From a virus (lineage: Duplodnaviria; Caudoviricetes): a DNA stretch of 24,251 bases. Positions 24,109 through 24,251 of this stretch are shown piece by piece; position 1 is the stretch's first letter, and every line of letters starts with the position of its first letter. The position numbers and the translations under genes are program-made. A model generated the notes under the pieces. That model searched no databases and was not told the origin of the DNA. It saw nothing but the letters and a program-made list of their open reading frames with translations. The stretch covers positions 1 through 24,251 of IMG/VR virus record IMGVR_UViG_3300020043_001000. The stretch is one strand, 5' to 3'.

Positions 24109-24251
24109 TCAATTTATACCCATTCAAAGTAGCCCATGCAGTAGCGTATTCAATCAAGCTAGAACTACGTTTAACACTCATTAAAGCCGTAGATTCACGA
24201 AGATTGACAAGCTCACCCTCTAACCCAGCGACGACTTCTGCACCTTCGCCA
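24098..24251 (-). CDS. ninB: NinB/Orf family recombination protein, C-terminal part (truncated by window edge)
   Basis: Minus frame reads GEGAEVVAGLEGELVNLRESTALMSVKRSSSLIEYATAWATLNGYKLNDS*; overlaps the ninG start. Confidence 0.85.
   Translation of the reverse strand, partial: GEGAEVVAGLEGELVNLRESTALMSVKRSSSLIEYATAWATLNGYKLNDS

Larger units (their letters stand above)
1..24251. mobile_element. Tailed dsDNA phage genome segment (podovirus-type morphogenesis module with flanking replication and nin genes)
   Basis: Contiguous terminase-portal-scaffold-capsid-adaptor-nozzle-ejection-fibre-lysis order. No tape measure or sheath gene, and no host genes or integrase in the window. Confidence 0.97.

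Noticed and set aside
1-24251. Stop-codon reassignment, introns/inteins, tRNA genes
   Set aside because: Core genes are full length in the standard code, TAG terminates genes normally (e.g. 7874, 11538, 18243), terminase and capsid are of ordinary size, and no gap shows a cloverleaf.

Overview
This window is a tightly packed segment of a tailed dsDNA phage (or prophage) with P22/T7-like podovirus morphogenesis, probably infecting a Gram-negative host. On the + strand the order is: 3' end of a replication initiator with internal iteron-like repeats, a DUF6475-like replication partner, three small ORFs, a promoter-leader-terminator unit, terminase small and large subunits, portal, a cassette of beta-rich/repeat proteins (the first is frameshifted), scaffold, major capsid protein, two putative decoration proteins, adaptor, nozzle, a GNAT-like protein, three DNA-ejection proteins, tail fibre and chaperone, membrane/holin genes, a 583-aa mosaic protein with an ADP-ribosyltransferase-like domain, a further holin and an M15 endolysin. 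ninB/ninG converge from the - strand at the right end. The most notable observations are: (1) a candidate virion-delivered polymorphic ART effector inside the lysis cassette that shares a short helical motif with the ejection proteins; (2) an antisense membrane-peptide gene with its own promoter at the P22 sieA-like position; (3) a head-region appendage cassette with a clean frameshift; (4) a shared C-terminal motif between scaffold and its upstream neighbour; (5) a twice-repeated TAGG-N7-CCTA box at the two promoters before the late operon. Family assignments come from motif recognition by eye, not from database searches.
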